From Candidatus Marinacidobacterales bacterium (GTDB lineage: Bacteria; Acidobacteriota; Vicinamibacteria; Marinacidobacterales; DATDRI01): a stretch of DNA of 64,000 nucleotides. This document shows positions 19,420 through 29,830 of this stretch, one piece after another; position 1 is the stretch's first letter, and every line of letters begins with the position of its first letter. The position numbers and the translations under genes are program-made. The notes below the pieces were generated by a model. That model ran no database searches, was not told the origin of the DNA, and was given only the letters and a program-made list of their open reading frames with translations. The stretch is taken from the NCBI GenBank assembly GCA_965219415.1, contig CBDCNP010000002.1:2976001-3040000 (forward strand). The letters run 5' to 3'.

Positions 19420-19943
19420 ATTGGCACTGGTTCGGGCTCCAATTCATCCGCTTCAGTTTTTAGAACCTGCGTAGCATGACGTGGCATCATCATCACCATT
19501 CGCTCGGCTACATCATCTTCAAAATCGAGCACTAGTTGAACTGGATCGTCCGTCGCGCTAAGTTCGTTGTAGGCGTCGATATCGATTTTGAGCTGAACGC
19601 AATCACTCACGATTAACTCTCGACGCTGTGTAAATGACTTCTCCATATGCTGACGCGAAGCGAACCCTAAGCTCGCCCAGAACGAGTACTGAACGCCTCC
19701 CTTGGTTACTCTCACCGCGTGGTTGACGCGGTACCGTCGCCCCTTTCGGTCCTCTTTATACTCGGCCCGTAGTGCGCTTGCCATTTGGCCGGCCAGCACG
19801 TCGTAAGGGTCGATTGTAGGAAGCTGCAACATACCCTCTACGACGGCTCGTTCGACGGCTTCGCGGGCACTCGAAGGTTTATGCCCTGACTCACTCTCGT
19901 ATTGGTGCCAGATTTGCTGTAGGCGCTCGTTTCTGTTTGTCAT
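19416..19943 (-). CDS. Conserved hypothetical passenger protein
   Basis: GAGGGG RBS then ATG at 19943; lies directly downstream of the HTH-peptidase gene. Confidence 0.75.
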   Translation of the reverse strand: MTNRNERLQQIWHQYESESGHKPSSAREAVERAVVEGMLQLPTIDPYDVLAGQMASALRAEYKEDRKGRRYRVNHAVRVTKGGVQYSFWASLGFASRQHMEKSFTQRRELIVSDCVQLKIDIDAYNELSATDDPVQLVLDFEDDVAERMVMMMPRHATQVLKTEADELEPEPVPI

Positions 19944-19963
19944 GACCCCTCGTCTTTGAGTCT

Positions 19964-21097
19964 CTATAGGTTCGTCGTGAATGATTGGCCCCATCCGTCA
20001 GTTATAGCTCCAGGAAGAACAAACCTCCTGGTTTTTACTAAGTGTTTTGTTAGATAGTCCCAGCGCTGCAACGAATTCCGTATCTGACCAACTATTAGAC
20101 CGGGGTGGCGGTTTAGCAGACGCGCGAAGGCAAGTACATCTTTCTCATAGTAAAAGGGCTTTTTTCTCTGTAGGAACGATTGGAGACGATCCTTAGGCGC
20201 ACAAAAATCTGCGGCGGCGAAATTTGCGGAACGCTCCTCTTCGGATACTGAGTTGTCCGTTCCAGCCCTAGCACTTTCAAGATCATCGATAACCTCCTTG
20301 TCTTGGCCGTGCTTTTGCAGTACGTGCTCTATTTCGTGACGTAAGACGAACCAGAAGTTGTCGATGCGGTCGTACCGTAGAGACATTCCAATGACGGGTG
20401 ATTTTGGATCCAACCAAAAACATACTCCATCGATCGTGGCTCCTGGCAGTTTCTCGACGAGAACAAACCGGACGCCGCAATCCATTAGAATACTAGGAAC
20501 ATGGCGCGTCTCCTCCGGCGCATAGAGAAAATCAGAGAAGTTATCTAGAGCCTTTCGTAGTTGGACGCTCGAATACGGCGGCACCGAAACCGACCGAGCA
20601 ATCTGCCGTACCCTAAAAAGCCATGTAAGTTGCGCAGGTGGAATCTCTCTTTCTTCGTAAGAGCTTCTCTTGGCGGCATGTGGCATGTAAGGGATCTCGG
20701 CTGGATTGTCTACTTCGAAGAAGCGAGCCAGTTGCGATTCCAATAGGTCCGCGTCAGACTGTTCGACCCACCCTCTCTTGATCATTTCCCGGACAGGAAA
20801 TCGAGACTGCAATTGAGCACGAACGGCAACGCCGCGATCTGGTTCGTTAGCCCGTGATAGGTCATACGCTTGTTGGAGATTGGCGAAAAATTCAGCAGGC
20901 ACGTCAAGCGCCTTACCGAGAGCCTTCGCCATATCCGAGCTGATCCCCCTCTTTCCGGACAGAATTGTGTTCAACGATTGCTCGCTACAATCCAATACGA
21001 AAGCCAAGTCACGCTGAATCCAATCGCGGGCCTCCATTTCCTGCTTGATGTAGTAGCCTGGATTCCGGACCCAACTCGTCGTGCCCGTGGCAGTCAT
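19964..21097 (-). CDS. HigA-like XRE-HTH fused to ImmA/IrrE metallopeptidase
   Basis: NPGYYIKQEMEARDWIQRDLA HTH; DNFWFVLRHEIEH (HExxH) and EERSANFAA; AAGGAGG RBS. Confidence 0.9.
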   Translation of the reverse strand: MTATGTTSWVRNPGYYIKQEMEARDWIQRDLAFVLDCSEQSLNTILSGKRGISSDMAKALGKALDVPAEFFANLQQAYDLSRANEPDRGVAVRAQLQSRFPVREMIKRGWVEQSDADLLESQLARFFEVDNPAEIPYMPHAAKRSSYEEREIPPAQLTWLFRVRQIARSVSVPPYSSVQLRKALDNFSDFLYAPEETRHVPSILMDCGVRFVLVEKLPGATIDGVCFWLDPKSPVIGMSLRYDRIDNFWFVLRHEIEHVLQKHGQDKEVIDDLESARAGTDNSVSEEERSANFAAADFCAPKDRLQSFLQRKKPFYYEKDVLAFARLLNRHPGLIVGQIRNSLQRWDYLTKHLVKTRRFVLPGAITDGWGQSFTTNL

Positions 21098-21189
21098 CTT
21101 TTTAGCCTCCTTGCCATGCCACCCCCAAACCGTCAGCTTCAAAAACTGCACTCCGGGAGCTTTTTTTCGGCCACCCCCCCTACTTCGTT

Positions 21190-21486
21190 CTAGTGGTAGT
21201 CTTCGATTGCGAGTATCGTCATTTTTGGGGGTTTGATCGTCGCATCGATAGTGAAAACCATCCGATATTGTTGGTTTAGCCTAATAGACCTCTGACTTTT
21301 TCTTTCTCCCTTCAGTTTTTCGTAGTGCAAGCTCCTCCAGTTCCGCAACGTCCGCTCGTCTGGCGCGGCGCGTATCACGACCAATTTGTCACGACACGAG
21401 TTGATAACTGCAATGGGTAGTTTAACTTCACCGGCTCGGTCGCTTTCGATGAGAGCCAGCGTTCGATCCTTGAACTCAACCTGCAA
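21190..21486 (-). CDS. HigB/RelE-family toxin
   Basis: SLHYEKLKGER..QRSIRLNQQYRMVF...IEDYH C-terminus. Confidence 0.9.
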   Translation of the reverse strand: MQVEFKDRTLALIESDRAGEVKLPIAVINSCRDKLVVIRAAPDERTLRNWRSLHYEKLKGERKSQRSIRLNQQYRMVFTIDATIKPPKMTILAIEDYH

Positions 21487-21637
21487 TATCCCAATCCTCG
21501 CATCTCGCCCGCCTCGGATTAGTTCACACCTGGGATGATACCGCTGCTACTTTAAAATGTCAATTAATAAACTTAACGCAACTGATTAAACTGGACTAAA
21601 TGCTTGACAAATTAGCCGGAAAATGTACTCTCTTCTT

Positions 21638-22468
21638 ATGAATAGACTAGATACCAAACGCCGCGTGCAAGTCGTTTCAGCTCTCGTTGAAGGAAACAGC
21701 CTTCGAGGAACCGCCCGCATGACGGGTGTGTCCAGGATGACAGTCGAAAAGCTTCTGCGCGACCTAGGCCACGTCTGTGCCATGTATCAGGACGTGGCGC
21801 TCCGCGACCTTTCCTGCAAGCGAATCCAGGTCGATGAAATCTGGAGCTTCGTTTACGCGAAGCAGAAAAATGTCACGGACAAGATTCGTCAGGAGCAGGG
21901 GCCGGACGTGGGCGACATTTGGACATGGACATCGCTTTGCGCCGATACCAAGCTTGTCCCGTGCTGGCTCGTAGGGGGCCGTGACGCGGGCTATGCGACC
22001 GAGTTTATGCAAGACCTAGCGGGTCGGTTAGCGAGCCGCGTACAGCTCACGAGCGACGGGAACCGGCTGTATCTCCAGGCCGTCGAGGATGCCTTCGGTG
22101 CTAGCATTGACTACGCCATGCTGGTCAAGCACTACGGGAGTGAACCAGAAGGTCAGCGGCGTTACAATCCTGCGGTTTGTACGGGAGCTTCCAAGATGCC
22201 AGTGAGCGGCAATCCCGACAGGAAGCACATCTCGACCAGCTACATCGAGCGTCAGAACCTAACTATGCGGATGAGCATGAAGCGGTTCGCCCGTCTCTCG
22301 AACGGATTCAGCAAGAAGGTCGAAAATCATCGGCACTCTGTCGCGCTCCACTACTTCTATTACAACTTCGTGCGAATCCATTCCTCTCTGCGCGTGACTC
22401 CCGCGATGTCGGCTGGAGTCACCGACAAGCTCTGGAGCATCGAGGATATGGTGGGGCTCCTAGATTGA
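21638..22468 (+). CDS. IS1-family (ISMhu11-like) transposase
   Basis: LVEGNSLR HTH, IQVDEIWSFV, QLTSDG, ISTSYIERQNLTMR, NGFSKK, YNFVRIH; upstream TTGACA...TACTCT promoter-like sequence. Confidence 0.92.
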   Translation: MNRLDTKRRVQVVSALVEGNSLRGTARMTGVSRMTVEKLLRDLGHVCAMYQDVALRDLSCKRIQVDEIWSFVYAKQKNVTDKIRQEQGPDVGDIWTWTSLCADTKLVPCWLVGGRDAGYATEFMQDLAGRLASRVQLTSDGNRLYLQAVEDAFGASIDYAMLVKHYGSEPEGQRRYNPAVCTGASKMPVSGNPDRKHISTSYIERQNLTMRMSMKRFARLSNGFSKKVENHRHSVALHYFYYNFVRIHSSLRVTPAMSAGVTDKLWSIEDMVGLLD

Positions 22469-22500
22469 AACTAGACCACTACCGGCTTGCGGGTGTGATC

Positions 22501-23700
22501 GGTGCTTCCGCCATCAAGTGTTGCTACGCGGCTGCGGGCAGTGGTACAGGTGCGGAAGAGACCGGGTTGCGCGCCCTACTGAGCACGAAAACCTCGATCC
22601 GCGACCACAAAGGAATCGTCGTCGCCAAGAAGATGTCTCGAAAGGTGAGCCGTCGCGTCGTCAGACCAGCCTGCATAGCCGGAGTTCGGATCTCACGTCC
22701 GAACTTCAGAGCTCCGTGCGGTCGGACGAAGTTGTAATAGCAACGGAGCAACTCCAGGTGCTCATCGAGCCTCTCCGTCGAGCGAGCGTGGGAAAGCGTT
22801 CGTCTCGAAAGGTATGCCGAGCTTTGCCGGATGGTCAGATTCAACCGCTCGATGAACGAGGTGTTCAATGTCGAAGAGTCCTCGGAGTTATTGAGCGCGT
22901 CTTCGAATCGCCACGCGGCTCCGTGCAGCGCTCTCCGTTCGACCTTGATGATGCGATCGTTCCTGCGCGTCTTGAGGACCTGGCCGTAGAGACACGCTGG
23001 ACCGAAGAAGCGACGGATGACCTTCTGGTAGAATTCGAATCCATCCGTGACGATCAAGGGAAGACGCTCGAAATTCATCCGTCTCGAAAGGTCGCGAAAC
23101 AGAGCGTGAGTGTTCCGGTAGCTTCGCCTTCCCGTCACCGTCGATGGCCAGAGCCGAGACCAGACTTCGATTGTAACGAAGACCCAATTCGGCGTCTTCT
23201 TGTTGCCCGCGAACGTGCGAATCTCGTCGGCTTGAAGCTCTTCGGCAGCGAAGCCAGCGATCCTTCTGTGATTGAATCGACGACACACTTGAGCTGCCTT
23301 CTCGAGCCAGCGGGCGACGGTGTTCCAGGCAATCCCTTCGACCCGGGAAATCGAGGAAATGCTGACACCCTCGACTCTGAGAGCGATGACCCCATCGAAA
23401 GTAGCTCTTCGATGTTGGAGACGGTAGTAGGGCGTGCCTTTCGTCGAGGAGAACGTCTTTCCGCACTCGCCGCACCGGTATCGACGGCGTTTTCCGGACC
23501 TGGTTCGGTAGAATCCGTGGCTAACGATGTTTCCGGAACTGACTTTGCCCCGCAACGGACATGCGAGATTGAGACATCTGCGATTCTTCACTTTGGCTCG
23601 GCCCTGACGATGAGAGAACTGTGTCTTCGGAATTCTGGTTCAAACTCTAGCACGCAGACCGGTTAGGGGCTGGCCGCCAACACTTAATTGCGGAAGCACC
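22501..23700 (-). mobile_element. IS1-family element, 1200 bp, copy 2 (inverted)
   Basis: Near-identical to 17784-18983; transposase at 22524-23591. Confidence 0.9.
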
Positions 23701-23787
23701 AAGCCATTCATAAGCAGAAGCTTAACCCAAGAAGGGTGGCGGTCGCGAACGTTGACTGCCGAGAGACGTTCGGTTACTCTCCAAGAC

Positions 23788-23976
23788 ATGAACGAACGCT
23801 TCCGTGTCGGTGTCGACATCGGTGGGACGTTCACCAACTTCGTGCTGTTCTACAAGACCGCAGGCAACCTGAAGCTCGAGAAGACCTACCGCACGCCGCA
23901 GGATCTGCGCCAAGCTCCCAGGCATCGAACCGCAGCGTATTCGAAAGGGGCAATCCAAGAACCGGCTGGCTCGTGA
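23788..23976 (+). pseudogene. Hydantoinase/oxoprolinase N-terminal remnant
   Basis: RFRVGVDIGGTFTNFV motif followed by an early stop. Confidence 0.7.
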
Positions 23977-24016
23977 TTCCCGTGAAGGGAGATCCAACTT
24001 CTTAGGAGGGAAGCAA

Positions 24017-24424
24017 ATGGCACATAAAAACTTTAGCGTGGCGGTCGACGATCTTCCATGGGAGCCGTGGGATCTCTATTTCAAGGGCGCACCGCCCAAT
24101 CCCGAGAGCGGCGAGTACGGTGGCTGGTGCAAAGTCCTGCGACGCCCCGAAGGTGAGGACCCAGCCTGGACGTTCTTGCTGAGGATCGTCCCCCCGGCCG
24201 GAAAGAAACTCCGTTTCGCCGCCATCGCCGGTAGTAACGAAGAGGGATATCTTTTGGCTGGCAGTGCAGTCGACGCTCAGGGCCGTCGTACCCTAGAGGC
24301 GGGAAGCTACTTTTTTACAGCCGCCGGCGCTCCACACGCCGGCTTCTTGAACGAAGAGCATCTGGTCCTTGTGCACTACGACGGCGACCCGGACATCGTT
24401 CGGGAGTTAGAGGTCGTGGACTGA
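24017..24424 (+). CDS. Cupin-fold (ChrR-like) protein
   Basis: EEGYLLAG...LEAGSYFFTAAGAPHAG cupin motif; AGGAGG RBS. Confidence 0.65.
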   Translation: MAHKNFSVAVDDLPWEPWDLYFKGAPPNPESGEYGGWCKVLRRPEGEDPAWTFLLRIVPPAGKKLRFAAIAGSNEEGYLLAGSAVDAQGRRTLEAGSYFFTAAGAPHAGFLNEEHLVLVHYDGDPDIVRELEVVD

Positions 24425-24527
24425 GAGGCCTCGGGTGGATCCCACTGCAGGTCCTCAATCCGGTCAAGTTTGTGCGGAGCCCATGCCGCCGGTGTCATTT
24501 CCTTCGAAGTTGTCCCATCAACGAGTG

Positions 24528-25785
24528 TGAAGTGACCCCGCTTTCGTGGACAGGTTAAGAGTTAGGGATCAAGCGTCGCGATAGTACCTCCTTTCGAATT
24601 GGATAGGCGAGCAATAGTCGATGGCGGAGTGTCGTCGTCGCGGGTTGTACCAGCCTTCGATGAAATCGAAGGTCGCCATGCGCGCCTCAGCGTGGTAGCG
24701 AAACGACCGGCGCTCGATCAGCTCGCACTCGAGCGTCGCGAAGAAGCTCTCGCACATCGCATTGTCGTAACAGTCCCCGACCGAACCCATCGACGGTCGC
24801 ACCCCGGCCTCCCGGCATCGCTGGCCGAACGCTAGTGACGTGTACTGCGTGCCCTGGTCCGAGTGATGGATGACGTCGCCGGGCTTGCGTTGGAACAGCG
24901 CCATGTCGAGGGCGCTCAAGACGAGCGACGTCCGCAGGTGGGTAGCCATTGCCCATCCGACGATGCGTCGGCTGAAGGCGTCCAGCACGACGGCGAGGAA
25001 CAAGAAGCCCGACCACGTGGGCACGTAGGTGATATCGGCGACCCACAGGCGGTCGGGCCGGTCCACCTCGAAATTCCTGTCGACGAGATCGGGGGCGGGA
25101 CGGGCGTCGTCACAGCGAATCGTAGTGTGCGCCCTCTTGCGCCGGTGAACACCTTGAATGCCAGCCTCGCGCATCAGCCGCGCTACACGCTTGCGTGAGA
25201 CGTGGAGCTCGTGTGTCTCTCGTAGCTCGTGGAGGATCCTCGGCGCGCCGTACGTGCTCCGCGACGCGGTGTGAATCGCCCGGATCTTCTCAAGCAACTC
25301 CGCATCCGACACCGCGCGGGCCGACGGGGCACGCTCAAGCCACGCATAGTAGCCGCTGGCGGAGACGTCCAGCAGTCGGCACATCGTGGCAACCGGTAGT
25401 GAATCCTGGTTCGCCCTCACGAATCGGAAGGCTTCGGTGGTACCGACTCGGTCTCCCGAGCGAACCAGGCCGCGGCTTTTGAGAGGATCTCCCGCTCCAA
25501 CCGTAGTTGACGGTTCTCCCGTCGCAGGCGGCGGAGCTCCGCACGCTCCTCACTCGTCAGACCGTCCTGCCTGCGACCCTCGTCGAGATCCGCCTGGTTC
25601 ACCCAGTTCCGGATCGTCTGGCCCGAGGGCTCAAACTCTCGCGCCAGCTCTTCGGAGCCGCGGCCCGCTCGCACCAGCTCTACCATTTGGCGCCGGAACT
25701 CGGCCGCGTATCTGTTTCCCTGCTTTGACATCGTGGACTCCTGTCTCCCAAAGGATTAGGTGTCCACGAAAGCGGGTCAAGTCCA
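24528..25785 (-). mobile_element. Complete IS3-family element (orfA 25417-25731, orfB 24569-25420)
   Basis: TG..CA TIRs TGAAGTGACCCCGCTTTCGTGGACA / TGGACTTGACCCGCTTTCGTGGACA; 3-bp TSD GTG; WVADITYV, HHSDQG, DNAMCESFF. Confidence 0.95.
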
Positions 25786-25944
25786 GTGATCCTAAAAAAA
25801 GAAGATCGCGTACCGCTGGATCGACTTTTTGCGGAGCACAGGCTCCACCTTGCGAACAGCTTGGCTCGTCTGGGCAAGCTCGACGACCGTAAGCAGTGAT
25901 TGCGCCGGCCCGGGGAGTGGTAGTATCATTTTGGGTAGTCTCGA

Positions 25945-26685
25945 ATGAAACACATCAGACTAGTTGGGGCCTTCGTGCCAAAGAAAGATCGGTCGGAGGA
26001 ACTGCATCGCCAAGTAAACGAGCGCTATGGCGGCGAGGGTTTGACCCTCAGCGTAGGCTACCCAGAAGGGGAACCGGAGCTCGAAACAACGGAATCCGTC
26101 ACCGCGCTCAGCCTTTCTGTACCCCAGCTCATCACGGATGCCGTGAAGGCCGAGCGGGAAGGGGTGGATGGAATCGTCGTCAACTGCATGGCCGATCCTG
26201 GCGTGCGGGAGATGCGCGAGAATGTTGCCATCCCGGTGCTCGGGCCCGGCCAAACCTCGATGCATGTGGCCACCTTGGTGGGGCGACGGTTTAGTCTCCT
26301 GGTGACCAGCGAGTTCTCTGCGCGTTATTTCGAGGAACAGGCGGAGAAGGTAGGGCTGGGCGCGCGGCTCGCGTCCTGCGAAGTAGTTGGTATTCCGCCC
26401 GATGAGATAGGGGCCGATCCGGGACGAACCACAGCTTTACTGGTCGAAGCGGCCCGGAGAGCGATCTGCGGAGCGAATGCTGACACGCTGGTGCTTTGCT
26501 GCACGGGGTTCGCGTTTCTTGCCAGAGATCTCCGGAAGAAACTAGAGGCCATGAAGTTGAGAGTGCCCCTCATCGACCCGCTTGCCGTCACCATCCATAC
26601 ACTGGCGGTTCTCCTGGATGCCGGGCTCACCCACAGCCGAGTCGCTTACCCCGGTATTCGTGCGTCCCTGACCTCCAAAACATAG
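25945..26685 (+). CDS. Asp/Glu/hydantoin racemase family protein
   Basis: DGIVVNCMADPG, IPVLGPG, DTLVLCCTG, VPLIDP motifs. Confidence 0.88.
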   Translation: MKHIRLVGAFVPKKDRSEELHRQVNERYGGEGLTLSVGYPEGEPELETTESVTALSLSVPQLITDAVKAEREGVDGIVVNCMADPGVREMRENVAIPVLGPGQTSMHVATLVGRRFSLLVTSEFSARYFEEQAEKVGLGARLASCEVVGIPPDEIGADPGRTTALLVEAARRAICGANADTLVLCCTGFAFLARDLRKKLEAMKLRVPLIDPLAVTIHTLAVLLDAGLTHSRVAYPGIRASLTSKT

Positions 26686-26788
26686 GGCCGGAAGCAAAAA
26701 AGCCAGCCCTTTCGGGCCGGTGCTGTGATCCGCAAAAAAGAAGATCGCGCATATCAGGGCGTCACTGCCACTTGTGAGCGACGGTGCC

Positions 26789-27658
26789 CGTGAGGTCAAA
26801 ATACTCATGCGGCTTCCCGATGGTAGAAACGGAGCAACCCGCCAAGCCGTTCACGGGAGCGCACCTTGCGCTCGGACTGAGGTAACGGGTCGCTGGCTGG
26901 GAACAGCAGCAGATTCTCCTTGCCTTGATGATTCCTCTCATGATGATAGTAGACGACGTACTCCCTAAGCGCATGACGGAGCGACTTCTCGCCGAACAGG
27001 ATGAGCTTCGAGAGACATTCCTCTTTGACGGACTTCACCCAGCGCTCCGCGAACGAGTTCAAATCCGGGCTCCGTGCGGGCAGCTTGACGGGCGCGACGC
27101 CAACCCGTCTGCTCAAAATACTCGAACGCCGAGCGGGTCAGCAGTTTGCACCTTTCCAAGGGCCGCTTGAATCTGCCATCGCGGGTGGAGATTCTGCACG
27201 CTGTCGCCGCCGGGCCACCGACCGAAACGTCTTGGCGCGCCGGTCTTGAGTTCGTTTGTGTTTTTGGACACGACGGCGTCTTCTCACTAGCTGAGCGATT
27301 AGCGCTCGATTCGGCCCCGAAATGCCCTCCAATTGCATTTTTATGACCTGTTTTGCACCGTTACTGCTTGTTTGCTGCCAAGAGCCGAATAGCTCCACTT
27401 GCCCGTCTGGTCAAAATACTCGAACGCCCAGCGGGTCAGCAGTTTGCACGTCTACCATCACCACGAGAGGAATCATCCAGGCAAGGAGAATCTGCTGCTG
27501 TTCCCAGCCAGCAATCAGTTACCTCAGTCCGAGCGCAAGGTGCGCTCCCGTGAACGGCTTGGCAGGCTTCTACGTTTCTACCATCGGGAAGCCGCATGAG
27601 TATTTTGACCTCACGGGATGAATAAATAGAAGGCACAGCCGAGTTTTGGCACAGGACG
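26789..27658. mobile_element. Nested remnants of rve family C elements and other ends
   Basis: Two 3' transposase fragments (...RERLGGLLRFYHREAA) in opposite orientations; ends at 26789, 27106, 27274, 27404, 27615, 27637 and 27658. Confidence 0.8.
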
Positions 27659-27738
27659 GGGTGTCTCGGACAGTGAGGTCAAACGCATCCGCCGTTTGAT
27701 CTGCGAGCCGTACGGAATGGTATTGGTGATGGGGCCCG
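27659..27738 (+). pseudogene. 80-bp fragment of a PilB/GspE-type ATPase gene
   Basis: Reads GVSDSEVKRIRRLICEPYGMVLVMGP, the segment preceding Walker A in PilB/GspE. Confidence 0.55.
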
Positions 27739-27752
27739 AGCACGAGTCGGGA

Positions 27753-28187
27753 TCATCCGCCGATGCCGTCGGCAGAGAGGTAGGCGTCGAGCGAGTGGAG
27801 CTCCTGCGACAGGTCGTCGACCATGTTCCTCAACAAGTGTCGCGTCGATAGCATACCGGCGACGTTCCCCCCGCGGTCGATGATGGGAAGATGGCGAATG
27901 TGGTTGCTCGTCATCATCGCGAGAGCCTCGCGATGATGCATGTTGCTGGCAGCAACGATGGGCGGCGAGGTCATCACGTCGCGGATTGGGGTCTCATCCA
28001 AGTGGCTTCCTTTGGCCACCACACGCTTCAGGAGATCGCTAGCGGTGAAGATACCCTTCGCCGATTGGTTCTCCACCACCACGACTGCGCCGGCACCGCA
28101 GTCAACCATTGTTTCCACGGCGTGTCGGACCGTGGACTCGGTTCCGATCGTCACCGCCGGAGTCCGGGCGATCTTGAGCAGCCTCAT
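27753..28187 (-). CDS. CBS domain pair protein
   Basis: GAVVVV...GIFT..DL...VMT..P...M..NHIRHLPII...GMLS. Confidence 0.9.
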   Translation of the reverse strand: MRLLKIARTPAVTIGTESTVRHAVETMVDCGAGAVVVVENQSAKGIFTASDLLKRVVAKGSHLDETPIRDVMTSPPIVAASNMHHREALAMMTSNHIRHLPIIDRGGNVAGMLSTRHLLRNMVDDLSQELHSLDAYLSADGIGG

Positions 28188-28568
28188 AAACTGGCCTCCT
28201 TGTCTCGCACCTTCGGCGTGGCGTTGGACGCGATCCCCGTACGGGCGTTCAGTTAGGCAACCGAGAAATCAGGTATAGCGTGCCTCCTCACGAGTAGGGG
28301 GAGGGCGACTTGTAGGGCGTAAATCTTGTACACCAATAAGCGGTCGGATTTCAACTCCAAGTCACATCGCAGCGCTGCTACTTCGACGTGAAAACATCTG
28401 GGTGTGGGCTCCGAGATATTGGGTCTGGGAACTAGCTCAGGGTTCGGGTTCCGGTTGCATTCTGGTGGGTGCTTCCGCCATCAAGTGATGGAATGGACTC
28501 CTCCACTGACATAGACGGCATCGATGTGCCAAAGTCAGTCGAATACGCATCGAAAAGGAGGAGTCCGA

Positions 28569-29601
28569 ATGAAAGATACAACGATCGCTGTGGATCTTGC
28601 AAAGAACGTCTTCGAGATTGCCATCTCGGGAGAAGCGGGGAAGGTGTCCAAGCGACTCCGTGTGAGTCGACCCAAATTGGTGTCGTTCTTTGCCAAACAG
28701 AGCGCTGCCACCGTGCTTCTCGAAGCCTGCGGCTCGGCTCACTTCTGGGCAAGGACGTTCCGAAGGTTGGGACACGACGTCGTCCTGCTCCCACCTCACC
28801 TCGTGAGGCCGTATCGACGCGGGAGCAAGAACGACCGCGCCGACACGAAGGCGTTGCTCGAGGCCTACAGGAACGAGGAGCTTCTTCCCGTACCCATCAA
28901 GTCCGTGCAGCAGCACACCCTCGCTGCGCTCCATCGCCTGCGCTCAGGATGGCTCTCCACACGGACCGCACGCATCAATGCCGTACGCGGGCTCCTGCGC
29001 GAACTCGGATTCATCATCCCAAAGGGCGCTCACTTCGTCGTGCCCGCCCTCTTCGAACTCGTCGAAGACGCTGATTCTGATTTGCCCGACGTGCTCCGTT
29101 CGCATCTCCGTGATGCCTGCTCCGAGATTCGAGAACTCAAGGACAAGTGCGCTAGCATCGAGCACGAGCTCAAGGCGCTCACCAAGCAGGCTTCCTGAAG
29201 TCCAACGACTTCTCGCCATTCCCGGCATCGGACTTCTGACCGCGACCGCCATCGTGGGCTTCGTCGGCGATCTTCGCCGCTTCCCATCGGGGCGCCGCTT
29301 CTCGAGCTACCTCGGCCTAGTTCCCAAGGAAAACTCCAGTGGCGACATTCGCCGCCTCGGACGCATCACCAAGCGTGGCGACTCCTACCTCCGTATGCTC
29401 CTCACCCAGGGCGGGCGCGCCGTGCTCCGCGCGGCGAACGTCAGCAAGAGCCCGCCCGACAAGCTCCGCGCCTGGGCTCGGAAGGTCCACCGCTCGCGGG
29501 GACACAACAAGGCCGTGATTGCTGTCGCCAACAAACTCGCCCGGATCGTCTGGGCCGTCTCCACCCGCGAGAGTGAATTCCAGTCGCCGGTGGCCGCTTA
29601 G
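28569..29601 (+). pseudogene. IS110 transposase with a +1 frameshift near 29190
   Basis: IAVDLAKNVF, LEACG, KNDRADT (DEDD), IPGIG, YLGLVP..SSG, ITKRGD, VANKLARI; one extra G in CAGGCTT. Confidence 0.9.
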
Positions 29602-29664
29602 ACTTAGAGGCTCCACTTTCGTGTTTTCCTTTTTCCCTTCCAAAAGAGGCTGCGACGATACCCA

Positions 29665-29830
29665 TCCAACTGATGGCGTACCGGTCGGACCGGCGCGGGG
29701 TCAAGCCAATAGCAACACTGGCCCTAAGAGGCCGTTCAAAGTGATTGGCTCCTCGCGCGCGGATTTTCCATCATGGCCCGGAGCACCCAAGACGCTCCTC
29801 ACTGAGGCCGAAGATACGTTTGCAGTCTGA
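29665..29830 (+). ncRNA. Predicted bridge/seek RNA of the IS1111-type element
   Basis: Stem AGCCAAT/ATTGGCT enclosing AGCAACACT and TCAAAGTG (target matches); a second loop with TTCCATCAT and AGATACG (donor matches); boundaries approximate. Confidence 0.75.

Larger units (their letters stand above)
19113..22483 (+). mobile_element. Complete IS1-family transporter element (tIS) with four passenger genes
   Basis: TIRs GGTAGTGGTCTAGTTT at both ends; 8-bp TSD GGCTTGCG at 19105-19112 and 22484-22491. Confidence 0.92.

Noticed and set aside
13000-24000. cas genes or a CRISPR-associated transposon next to the array
   Set aside because: Neighbours are an ABC binding-protein fragment and IS1 transposases; no Cas, TnsC/TniQ or TnpB motifs were recognised
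28524-29601. Programmed frameshift in the IS110 transposase (and in rve copies at 50752, 50855, 52697)
   Set aside because: No slippery motif; these are single-base indels relative to the family pattern or intact copies, so mutation or sequencing error is more likely
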